NCBI GenBank assembly: GCA_050012755.1
Contig: JBEKGO010000003.1
Location: 29,168 to 93,167 of the forward strand
Length of the DNA stretch: 64,000 nt
Source of the DNA: Candidatus Bathyarchaeia archaeon
Lineage (GTDB): Archaea; Thermoproteota; Bathyarchaeia; Bathyarchaeales; Bathycorpusculaceae
Direction: 5' to 3'
The notes under the pieces were generated by a model. The model did not search any database, was not told the origin of the DNA, and saw only the letters and a list, made by a program, of their open reading frames with translations. The position numbers were made by a program, and so were the translations under genes. This document shows positions 48,747 to 57,146 of this stretch, piece after piece (position 1 is the first letter of the stretch; every line of letters begins with the position of its first letter).

Positions 48747-50240
48747 TCAGAACAAATTTTTAATGTATTTCCAAATCAGTTGTGGCTGATCAAACATTGT
48801 TTTTAATGTTTTTCTTGGATTTTTAATGTGATTTATTAGAGATAATTTCTTATACTCTTCAAGAGCCTTGGCTGCAATTTCTTTCACTTCTTCTGGTGTA
48901 AAATCTTCGGTTGAAATCAGTGGCATGCCTTTGGATTGACGTGCCTCAGCAAAAGAGTTCCAACTCAAATCTTCCTTAACGTAACCTTTGGTCTTGCATT
49001 CGTCATATAATCTTGTCCCATACGACGGTGTTGCAAAGAATAAGTGCATTCCAACATCGAAATCACGTTTAAGCTTTAGTGCAAAGTCAACTGTTCTCTG
49101 CATATTCTCTTTTTTTTCTCCTGGAAAACCAATAATGTAGAATCCTCCAGTTTTCAAACCAATTTCTTTGGAGATTTTCGCAACTTCCAACACGCGGTTT
49201 AAGTCTAAGCTCTTGCAGATGACATTGCTCAAGATCTGCTGGTCGCCTGATTCTACCCCAAAAAACACGCTTTGGCAGCCAGACTTCTTCATCTTTTGAA
49301 GCAAGTTCAAATTTAAGCAATCTGCTCTAACCCCGTTTGGTGTTTCCCAACCTATCTTGATTTTTTTCTCAATTAAGCCATCGCAGATGGCTTCGAACCT
49401 TGCTAAATCAAAAGTTAGATTGTCGTCTTCGAAGAAAATATTTTTAACTTTAAACTTTTCGGTAACGTATTGAATGTGGTTGAGCACGTAATTTGCGGTG
49501 TGTGCTCTGAACTCTCTGCCCATATGCAAATGAACGGAGCAAAAACAGCAATTGTAGGGGCACCCTCTGCTGGTAATCATTGATATTGCCCTATTTTGGA
49601 AACTGCGATAACCTATTTTTTTTGGGCTTAAATATTGCTCCATATTTACATGATCGTATGCGGGATATGGCAGCTCATCTAAGTTTGTTATAAACGGCCT
49701 GGAAGAATTTACTATAACTTCTCCATTTTGTCGGTAGGCGATACCGAGAATTTCTTGTAACTGTTTTTTGCCTTCAAAATGCTTGGCTATTTCAAGCATG
49801 CTGTATTCCCCTTCACCTATGACAGCAATGTCTACATTTTTTGCAACATCAAGAAACTCTTTTGGCATCACTGTTACGTGCGGACCACCAACAACAGTTA
49901 AAATGCTTGAATCAACATCCTTGGCTAAGCTGCTGATTTCAAGCGCATGTTCAATTTGGCAAGTAAACGGCCCGGCTATGCCCACAATATCTGGTTTCTG
50001 CTCTTTGATTTTCTGCTTTATCTGATCAGAGGGCATGCCAACGCTTATCGTGTTTCCTTCTTTTTTGAATGAATCTTCAGTCATGAATGCTTCTAAAATC
50101 TCCGTTTTGTACGCTGACTTTTCAAGCACTGCTGCTATGTACATCAGACCCAAAGGCAAATTGCCTGCTGGCAGGTCAGAGCCCGGATAAAATGTCTGTG
50201 GCGGATTAATTAGAAGCACTTTCATTTTAGGTAAATCCAA
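48747..50240 (-). CDS. B12-binding radical SAM protein
   Basis: PLGLMYIA, GGPHVT, GEGE, SRGCPYNCCFC, GVESG. Confidence 0.92.
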   Translation of the reverse strand: MDLPKMKVLLINPPQTFYPGSDLPAGNLPLGLMYIAAVLEKSAYKTEILEAFMTEDSFKKEGNTISVGMPSDQIKQKIKEQKPDIVGIAGPFTCQIEHALEISSLAKDVDSSILTVVGGPHVTVMPKEFLDVAKNVDIAVIGEGEYSMLEIAKHFEGKKQLQEILGIAYRQNGEVIVNSSRPFITNLDELPYPAYDHVNMEQYLSPKKIGYRSFQNRAISMITSRGCPYNCCFCSVHLHMGREFRAHTANYVLNHIQYVTEKFKVKNIFFEDDNLTFDLARFEAICDGLIEKKIKIGWETPNGVRADCLNLNLLQKMKKSGCQSVFFGVESGDQQILSNVICKSLDLNRVLEVAKISKEIGLKTGGFYIIGFPGEKKENMQRTVDFALKLKRDFDVGMHLFFATPSYGTRLYDECKTKGYVKEDLSWNSFAEARQSKGMPLISTEDFTPEEVKEIAAKALEEYKKLSLINHIKNPRKTLKTMFDQPQLIWKYIKNLF

Positions 50241-50463
50241 TGAATATAAATTGACATATGGGCTATATTTAAATTAAATCATGATTTACTTTGGACATAG
50301 AACATTTCCAAAATTATCTGTTTTTTGTTTATTACTTCTACCTTTCCATAAGTTGACTAACCTATTTAGCATGTTACAGCTATAGTACAACCACATAAGT
50401 TTATGAGCGGTTAATCGGCTCTAATCTTGTTAACTTTTCTCGATTTTAGGAGGTGAATAGGTT

Positions 50464-50781
50464 TTGAGTACGCGTGAGGAAAGTAAGAAAGGCAAGATGA
50501 CCGTTGCTGAGGCAGGCAGAAAAGGCGGGGAAAAAACGGCTTCAACTCATGGCAAAGAATTTTATGAAGAAATAGGGCGTAAAGGCGGCGAAAAAGTATC
50601 TCAAGAACGCGGTCCCGAATTTTACAGTGAAATCGGCAGCAAAGGCGGTTCTGAACGTGCTAAGCAACATGAAGGCTCAACCGAAGCAAGGGGAAAAACA
50701 AGCCTTGAAGAAGCAGGTCACCGAGGTGGACAAAGAGTCCGAAAACTGATCCAAGCAGGCAAAGAACATGAAGAAGAATAA
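50464..50781 (+). CDS. KGG-repeat general stress protein (GsiB/Em/Con-10-like)
   Basis: GGAGGTGA RBS; repeats of EAGRKGG / FYxEIGxKGG. Confidence 0.9.
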   Translation: MSTREESKKGKMTVAEAGRKGGEKTASTHGKEFYEEIGRKGGEKVSQERGPEFYSEIGSKGGSERAKQHEGSTEARGKTSLEEAGHRGGQRVRKLIQAGKEHEEE

Positions 50782-50872
50782 AAATATCTTGATCATTAAC
50801 TCATTTCTTAATTCGTTCGAAAAAATTTCCTATTCTTTAAGATCAACTGCTTTTCGTGGTTCTTAGTGGGAG

Positions 50873-51070
50873 GTGAAATTTTTATCAGAAAGAAAGGGTA
50901 AAATGACCGTTGAGGAAGCTGGAAGGAAAGGCGGATTAAGAACTGCTGCAACTCACGGTGAAGAATTCTATAGCGAAATAGGACGCAAAGGTGGAAAGAT
51001 AGGCGGCCCAAAAGGCGGACAAAGAATCCGTAAACTTATTCAGGAAGGAAGAGAGTACGAAGAAAAATAG
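50873..51070 (+). CDS. KGG-repeat general stress protein, shorter paralog
   Basis: MTVEEAGRKGG, FYSEIGRKGG, same C-terminal GGQRxRKLIQ. Confidence 0.85.
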   Translation: MKFLSERKGKMTVEEAGRKGGLRTAATHGEEFYSEIGRKGGKIGGPKGGQRIRKLIQEGREYEEK

Positions 51071-51304
51071 ATAAAACGACCACCACTGATACCTGCGCCG
51101 TCGGGTAAAAGCGTATTTTCCAAACTTGAATTCGTCAATCTATCAATGACTTAGAACTAAATTTCATTCTCAATTGTTATTGTGCAAAGAAAAAAAGCAC
51201 GGGTGCATAAGTGAAATTACAAGTCTCTTTTTCTTTTGCAATCTTTATTTCTTATCTATCAAACAAAACAAAATATTGAAATAACACTCAATCAAAGTAT
51301 TTTC

Positions 51305-51748
51305 ATGAAAAAAATACTCGTTTTATATTATAGCCAAACCGGAAATACAGAAAAAATGGCGACAGCCGTAGCCAAGGGCGCCAAAATCAACGATCAAGTT
51401 GAAGTAGCATTAGTTTTTCATATTGATCCTCAAGAACTAAGTGCCTTTGATGCATTACTTGTCGGAACGCCCACTTATCATCATGAGATGCCTATTGATT
51501 TCAAAAAGCTTTTCGAGGAGATTGCAGTACAAGGCATAAATTTGAAGGGCAAAGTAGGCGCAACATTTGGTTCATACGGATGGAGTGGAGAAGCTCCTAA
51601 ACAAATTTTGGAAATCATGAAAAACAAGTTTGAAATGCAAGTTGTTGAACCTCCCTTGCTGGCGAAGTATGTTCCTGACGAAAAAATGGTTAGCGCCTGT
51701 ATGGAATTAGGGAAAAAAGTTTCCGAAAACTTGATGAACCCGACTTAA
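51305..51748 (+). CDS. Flavodoxin
   Basis: YYSQTGNTEKMA, GTPTY, FGSYGWSG. Confidence 0.92.
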   Translation: MKKILVLYYSQTGNTEKMATAVAKGAKINDQVEVALVFHIDPQELSAFDALLVGTPTYHHEMPIDFKKLFEEIAVQGINLKGKVGATFGSYGWSGEAPKQILEIMKNKFEMQVVEPPLLAKYVPDEKMVSACMELGKKVSENLMNPT

Positions 51749-51771
51749 CATTAATCGAGGAGGAGAAAAAT

Positions 51772-52254
51772 ATGGAAAAAACACAGAATCTCCTAGAATT
51801 TCTCAAAAATCAAATAACCGTGGAAAAAGAAATTGTGGCCTCTCTTGAAAAACCTTTACGTGACATGAAAAACCCAGCTGTCAAAGGGGTTTTGAAGGGT
51901 GTTTCGCTTGACTCGATAAAACATGCGGAACTTTACATGGCTGCCGTCACATTGTTAACTAGTGCTTCTACAGCTTTAACGCAAGAGCATCTTGACGAAC
52001 ATAAAGCCCTTGTTGAAAAGCATATTGAAATAGAATCTAGACTGATCATTAAGCTAGAAGGCATGATACCAACTATTGAAGACAAAAAGGTTGTGTTTCT
52101 CTTGAACTCCATTTTAGCCGATGAGAAACGACATCATGAGATGCTAAAGATGGTCTTAGAAATAATTGTTAAGGGAGAAACTATAACCGAGGATGATTGG
52201 TGGAAACTTCTCTGGGAAAACGCTCCTTTTCATGGAACTCCTGGCGGAGGATAA
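51772..52254 (+). CDS. Ferritin-like domain protein
   Basis: DSIKH and DEKRHH helices. Confidence 0.8.
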   Translation: MEKTQNLLEFLKNQITVEKEIVASLEKPLRDMKNPAVKGVLKGVSLDSIKHAELYMAAVTLLTSASTALTQEHLDEHKALVEKHIEIESRLIIKLEGMIPTIEDKKVVFLLNSILADEKRHHEMLKMVLEIIVKGETITEDDWWKLLWENAPFHGTPGGG

Positions 52255-52273
52255 GAAAAGAAAAGTTTAGCGG

Positions 52274-53233
52274 CTAAGAATTGGCGTTGTCATTCATTAC
52301 TTGTTCAGAAGAGCTCCATGTTTCTTCTACAATTTGTTGGAGCCCCTTTAGTACTGATGCTAACATTTCACCTTTGCAAGTTAAACCATAAGCTTTTGGT
52401 GTTCTTCTTAGGAAAACCAGTTTTTTGCCTTTCAATCCTCTTAGAAACTTGTAGGTTCTTCTAATTGAGATACCTGTTTCTTTGGCAAGTTTTCCGGCTG
52501 AAATTCCCTCAATGGTTATTGTTTCATAGATTTTCCTTTCAGTTGATGTTAACGATTCTTTAGCGGGGTCTCGCTTTGACTTGAAGAAAAATATGTAATC
52601 TCTTTCAGTTGGAGTTTCTATCAAACCGCTTGCCCGTAACCGTTTAAGTATTCGTGAAGCAATTTTCGGCGGTATAAGTACTTCAATTTCTTCAAAAGTT
52701 TTTGGCCCCGACAGTAAGCATTGTAAAAGAGTTTCTTCATGACATTCAGAATGAGCTGGGAGCATCTCCACGAATTCAGGAAAAACTCCAAGCAACTCAG
52801 TTAGACGACCACCGAATGTTGTTGCGTAATATTCATCTCGTGCTTCAGTCGCAAGGCCCACTGACATTAAAGGACCTAAATATTCCTCGCTAATTGTATC
52901 TTGACTATGAACGTGACCTGTTTTTTTTAATTCTTGCTGAAGTTGGCTCACAGAGTATCTGCCATTTGCTATTGCTTGCAAAATATGCAGTCTGGTCTCA
53001 TTTTTAAGAACATTAAAGAGTTCTTTTATGTAGTTTGGGTTATCCATTGTTTCCCGAAGTTTTCTTAACTCATTTTTTAGCTTGTATACTTGGCAGCGGT
53101 TGATGCATTGAAGAGGTGTTATCGGAGCACAATTTCTGCATTCTGAGTCAAGTGTTTTTAGCATTCCAACTAAATCGCGATTGTTTTCTGTTTTTCGAGT
53201 TGAGATTTGGACATTGCCCATTTTTTTATTCAC
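52274..53233 (-). CDS. Multi-wHTH regulator with N-terminal Cys cluster
   Basis: CRNC..C..C followed by three wHTH-like repeats. Confidence 0.75.
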   Translation of the reverse strand: MNKKMGNVQISTRKTENNRDLVGMLKTLDSECRNCAPITPLQCINRCQVYKLKNELRKLRETMDNPNYIKELFNVLKNETRLHILQAIANGRYSVSQLQQELKKTGHVHSQDTISEEYLGPLMSVGLATEARDEYYATTFGGRLTELLGVFPEFVEMLPAHSECHEETLLQCLLSGPKTFEEIEVLIPPKIASRILKRLRASGLIETPTERDYIFFFKSKRDPAKESLTSTERKIYETITIEGISAGKLAKETGISIRRTYKFLRGLKGKKLVFLRRTPKAYGLTCKGEMLASVLKGLQQIVEETWSSSEQVMNDNANS

Positions 53234-53308
53234 CTTGGCGAGTGTCGCGGGGGTAAATAAGTGTGGGTGATGGTATGTTGAGGTTTATTTTGAGGCTGCT
53301 GACCCATC

Positions 53309-53332
53309 ATGACACGCGTCATAAATTATGAC
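53309..53332. promoter_or_regulatory. Overlapping palindromes between two divergent regulators
   Basis: ATGAC-ACGC-GTCAT and GTCATA-AAT-TATGAC, followed by TTTAAATA. Confidence 0.6.
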
Positions 53333-53374
53333 AATCGGCATATTTAAATAAGTTTCTCCCAAAATTATCCCTAA

Positions 53375-53761
53375 TTGGTGTCAAACTTGATACTGCCGTG
53401 CGAAGTAGGAGTAAAAACCGTTCTGCCTGCAGTAAAAGCAATTATGGCAAGACAAATCGTTGAAAAACATGGATTAAACGAACAGCAAACCGCCGAACTC
53501 CTCGGATTATCGCAATCCGCCGTCAGCAGATACGTAGGTCGAGAAAGAGGAAACCTGCTTCCGATTGAAGGCTCAACTGAAATTTTAGGATTTATCAGCC
53601 AAATGGTTACTTCACTTATAAAAGAACCTGACAACAAAGCAGAAATCCTCAAGCTTTTCTGCCAGACATGTCAAGCTGTTCGAGAAAAAGGTTTGATGTG
53701 TCCAGCTTGTCAAAAAGAAATGCCCCAAGACTGGGCGGAAAAATGTTTATTTTGCCGTTAA
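53375..53761 (+). CDS. HTH transcriptional regulator with C-terminal Cys motifs
   Basis: LPCEV...LPAVKA, GLSQSAVSRY..RG, CxxC, CxxC, CxxC. Confidence 0.85.
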   Translation: MVSNLILPCEVGVKTVLPAVKAIMARQIVEKHGLNEQQTAELLGLSQSAVSRYVGRERGNLLPIEGSTEILGFISQMVTSLIKEPDNKAEILKLFCQTCQAVREKGLMCPACQKEMPQDWAEKCLFCR

Positions 53762-53823
53762 ATGTGCGCAATCAAACTTATTAAAAACGAGCCTGTACTG
53801 ATTTTGAAGCACCATAAACCTGT

Positions 53824-54267
53824 TTGCAGATTGGAAGTTTTCGGTTGAGTCAAAGCCAGATTAAAGAAATCTTGAACGAATACAAGGTCATAGCGATTGT
53901 CGGCTTGTCTAAAGAGCCTGAGAAGGATAGCCATAGAGTTAGCGCTTACCTAAAACTTCATGGCTACGAAATTATACCTGTAAACCCTTTTACTGATGAA
54001 GTTCTTGGCGAAAAAAGCTACAAGAGCCTGCTTGATATTCCGCCTGAAATCCAGAAAACCATAGAAATAATTGATATTTTTAGACCGGCCAAAGATGTGA
54101 TGCCAATAGTAGAGCAAGCTATCCAGCTTAAGCAGAAATTTGGTAAGCCTTTGGTTGTTTGGATGCAACTTGGAATAGTGAATGAACAGGCTGCTACAAT
54201 GGCTAGGGATGCCGGTCTCGTTGTCGTCATGGATAAGTGCTTAATGGTTGAGCACCGCTCAGCTTAA
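53824..54267 (+). CDS. CoA-binding protein (YccU-like)
   Basis: IAIVGLS, PVNP, DIFR, WMQLG, DKC. Confidence 0.92.
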   Translation: MQIGSFRLSQSQIKEILNEYKVIAIVGLSKEPEKDSHRVSAYLKLHGYEIIPVNPFTDEVLGEKSYKSLLDIPPEIQKTIEIIDIFRPAKDVMPIVEQAIQLKQKFGKPLVVWMQLGIVNEQAATMARDAGLVVVMDKCLMVEHRSA

Positions 54268-54284
54268 TCTACATGCTTGCTTCG

Positions 54285-54392
54285 TTAAGCTACAGGAATG
54301 GTTCAGGATGGAATCATTTTACGAAGCAGCAACTAGTTGATTTGTTCTCTAAATACTTTGAAATAGAGGAAATTAGACATTGCCCGTCGTTC
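54285..54392 (+). pseudogene. Fragment resembling the C-terminus of a class I SAM methyltransferase
   Basis: SYRNG.GWNHFTKQQLVDLFSKYFEI; no N-terminal part. Confidence 0.35.
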
Positions 54393-54513
54393 GAACAAAA
54401 AATGCTAAAACGATTTTTTTTCCTAAGAACTCGTTTAGACTTCTGGGGTTCTTGTCGGTGTCTGGTAGAGTGAAATCGGGTGCTTTTTCTCCGACTTTGA
54501 TTTTGCTGGACAT
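54373..54513 (-). pseudogene. Truncated peroxiredoxin (Bcp/AhpE-like), N-terminal 46 aa
   Basis: GTGAGG RBS; MSSKIKVGEKAPDFTLPDTDKNPRSLNEFLGKKIVLAFF then breaks before the catalytic PxxxTxxC. Confidence 0.8.
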
Positions 54514-54571
54514 AAAAAAATAATCCTCACTTCTAGAAAAAAGTTAAGCGACTATAAATGCGTGATGTTTT

Positions 54572-55231
54572 TTAACCAAACTCAAATGCACATGGGCAAT
54601 ATTTGTTTAGAACGCATGTTTCACATTTTGGTTTTTTTGCTGTACAGACTTGTCTACCATGAAAAATCAATAAGTCAGTTAGTTTCATCCATTTCTCTTT
54701 GGCAGTAATCTGCATTAAATCCTGTTCTATTTTAGCGGAATCCTCATACTCTGTGAGTCCAAGGCGCTGTGAAAGTCTATTGACATGTGTGTCCACTGCT
54801 ATGCCAGAGATTATGCCGAAAGCGTTGTATAACACTATGTTGGCAGTTTTCCTTGCGACTCCTGGAAGCTCCAATAGTTCATCCATTGTTTTTGGGACTT
54901 GGGAATTGAATTTTTCAACTAATAGTTTGCAGCAATTTTGGAGATTTCTGGCTTTGTTATGGTAAAAGCCTGTTGAATGTATGTCTTGCTCCAGTTCTTT
55001 TATGTCTGCGTTGGCGTAGTCTTTGGGAGTGCGATATTTTTTGAATAAATTGGCGGTTACTATGTTGACTCTTTGGTCGGTTGTTTGGGCAGAAAGCATG
55101 GTGGCAACGAGTATTTCCAGTGGATTGGAGTAGTTTAAGGCGGTTTTGGCGTTTGGATATTCTTTTTCGAGGAGTTCGATTACTTTTACAGTTCTTTGTT
55201 TTGGTTCAAGGTATATTTCAGGTTGTTTCAT
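54572..55231 (-). CDS. nth: Endonuclease III
   Basis: LSAQTTD, LPGVARKTA, VDTHV, CxxxxxxCxxCxxxxxC. Confidence 0.96.
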   Translation of the reverse strand: MKQPEIYLEPKQRTVKVIELLEKEYPNAKTALNYSNPLEILVATMLSAQTTDQRVNIVTANLFKKYRTPKDYANADIKELEQDIHSTGFYHNKARNLQNCCKLLVEKFNSQVPKTMDELLELPGVARKTANIVLYNAFGIISGIAVDTHVNRLSQRLGLTEYEDSAKIEQDLMQITAKEKWMKLTDLLIFHGRQVCTAKKPKCETCVLNKYCPCAFEFG

Positions 55232-55424
55232 TTCGCGTTCTCCTTGAGCGCCTTATTAATTAGTAATTAGAGAATGGAATAAATGTTGCTTCCGATGAGA
55301 CGTTTCTTTAACAATTGTTTAGTATTTCAGTCACAATATTAAAATTTGATAAGTATATTTTAGTCTGACATGCGTAATGTTTATATAATTTTCAATTAAT
55401 TGAAAATATGTTGAATTACTGCAA

Positions 55425-55994
55425 GTGAGCGTTATGGTTAACCCAACCAGAATAACTGTTGCATTTGACAAAACAACAGCTGACTTACTAGAAAAAATAA
55501 GCACTGACGCACAAGTATCACAAAGCGAAGTCATGCGTCGAGCACTAAAATTCTACAATGAAAACAAATCCCTCGAAGACCCAGCAACAAAGAAAAAAAT
55601 TCTTGCCTACATGGACATGCTTCTCAACGGCGAACACATAATCCTTGACGTCGACCACTGGCTCATGTTCCTGCAACTCATATCCACATCCCCTGAGCGA
55701 GAAAAGTTCTGGAGTGATCACAAAGAAGTGGCCCGAGCACACTGGGAACAGCTCAAAACAAAAGTGCATTCGCCAGAAGAAATGCTTTCACGACTTGAAA
55801 TATGTAACTTTTACCGTTTAACTAAGAACGCCCCAAACGATTATACCTTAGTCTTGGTTCCTGAGACTTCAAAAGACTTCATAAGAATATTTCTTGAAGA
55901 ATACTTTGCAGCTATGGGCGTAAAAGCTGAAATAAAAGAAAACCTAACTAAACTCAGAGTTTTGGTTAAACCGACTACCACTCCAAGAACATAA
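55425..55994 (+). CDS. CopG/RHH transcriptional regulator with C-terminal ligand-binding-like domain
   Basis: RITVAFD...SQSEVMRRAL; GEHIILDVDHW. Confidence 0.85.
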   Translation: MSVMVNPTRITVAFDKTTADLLEKISTDAQVSQSEVMRRALKFYNENKSLEDPATKKKILAYMDMLLNGEHIILDVDHWLMFLQLISTSPEREKFWSDHKEVARAHWEQLKTKVHSPEEMLSRLEICNFYRLTKNAPNDYTLVLVPETSKDFIRIFLEEYFAAMGVKAEIKENLTKLRVLVKPTTTPRT

Positions 55995-56082
55995 TAGACT
56001 CTTTTTTTAGCTCACCCTTGGTTGTTTGCACAAAAGCTTTTTACCCTTCATTTAAGCTAAGCAATACAATCGGTGAAGAAGC

Positions 56083-56232
56083 TTGAGTTTGAAACTGAAA
56101 GTTGACGGAAAAGAAATTCCACTAAATGAATTTGTATCAAATATTTTAAGCGGAACTATAAGCGGTGCCGTAAGTTCTCTTAAAGGCATAAAAACAGATT
56201 GGAAAAAAATCGAGATAGAAATCGAAAAATAA
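56083..56232 (+). CDS. Small 49-aa protein resembling the C-terminal extension of archaeal MobB
   Basis: GGTGA RBS plus TTG; MSLKLKVDGKEIPLNEFVSNILSGTISGAVSSLKG; below ORF-track cutoff. Confidence 0.75.
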   Translation: MSLKLKVDGKEIPLNEFVSNILSGTISGAVSSLKGIKTDWKKIEIEIEK

Positions 56233-56237
56233 CTTCG

Positions 56238-56798
56238 TTAACCGTTAAATTCAATACTGCTTTCAATTTCAGCAAACATTTCTCTTTTAGCCTTGCATAT
56301 TGGGCAAATGTAAGGTGGATCTTCACGGAATACCACGTAACCGCATTGTTTGCAGTACCAAAGCTTCTTTTTGACAGTTGGTTGAGGCTTTGGGGCTTGA
56401 GCTGCAGCTGGTTTTTCTTGTGCGCTTTGAGAGGATGTTTGTTTAGTAGCTACTGGGGTTTCGTACGCTCTTTGTTGTTTTTCTATTGGTCTTCGTTCTG
56501 GAACTTCAGGTAGGTTTTTGCTTTCGTAAACTTGCTTGTTCACATAGAGTCTACAGTAGCATGAGCCGTATTGGGCAACGTCTGGGTCCCGATAATCGCA
56601 GGGGCAAATTATGTCTCGGTCATATTCAAAATTGCCTGAAGTTAACCTGCATGGGCACAATGGGTAGCCGTAGCGGTCTTCGTTTGTTTTTAACCCTTCG
56701 AGGAAGCCCTGCAGAAGTTCGGGTTGAGGTGTTAGGAAATATCCGTAGGTTTTAGCATCAGCTTCGGCTCTTCTGCGAGTTTCCTCTAACGTTGTCAA
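56238..56798 (-). CDS. Ferredoxin:thioredoxin reductase catalytic domain fused to rubredoxin (FDR-like)
   Basis: CPC, CPC, CYC motifs; C-terminal CKQC..CPIC. Confidence 0.92.
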   Translation of the reverse strand: MTTLEETRRRAEADAKTYGYFLTPQPELLQGFLEGLKTNEDRYGYPLCPCRLTSGNFEYDRDIICPCDYRDPDVAQYGSCYCRLYVNKQVYESKNLPEVPERRPIEKQQRAYETPVATKQTSSQSAQEKPAAAQAPKPQPTVKKKLWYCKQCGYVVFREDPPYICPICKAKREMFAEIESSIEFNG

Positions 56799-57079
56799 AT
56801 TTCAAGGGCCTCTTTGAGCCTATCTTTGCGGAATCCAGTGATTACAGTTTTGTCATCAACAATTATAGTAGGGTAACTTAGCATTCCGCCTTTGCTGGCA
56901 ATTGTCTCATGAACCTTCGATTTGTCGTCTTCATCAAGCAAATCCACATCCACAAACTCATATTCAACTTCGTTTTCTTTGAGAAATTCTTTTGTAAGTT
57001 TACACCAAACGCAAGTGCTTAAAGCGTACAGAGTAACCTTGTGGTTGTTTTTTTTACCAGAAACTTTTGAGAATTGCAT
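56795..57079 (-). CDS. Glutaredoxin/NrdH-like protein
   Basis: YALSTCVWC, SYPT, TGF; overlaps FTR start. Confidence 0.9.
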   Translation of the reverse strand: MQFSKVSGKKNNHKVTLYALSTCVWCKLTKEFLKENEVEYEFVDVDLLDEDDKSKVHETIASKGGMLSYPTIIVDDKTVITGFRKDRLKEALEI

Positions 57080-57146
57080 ATTCTCACCACTAAAATTTGG
57101 TTTAAGCCAAATATAACTGTTTAGATTACTAAAGAGAACTAATTTC

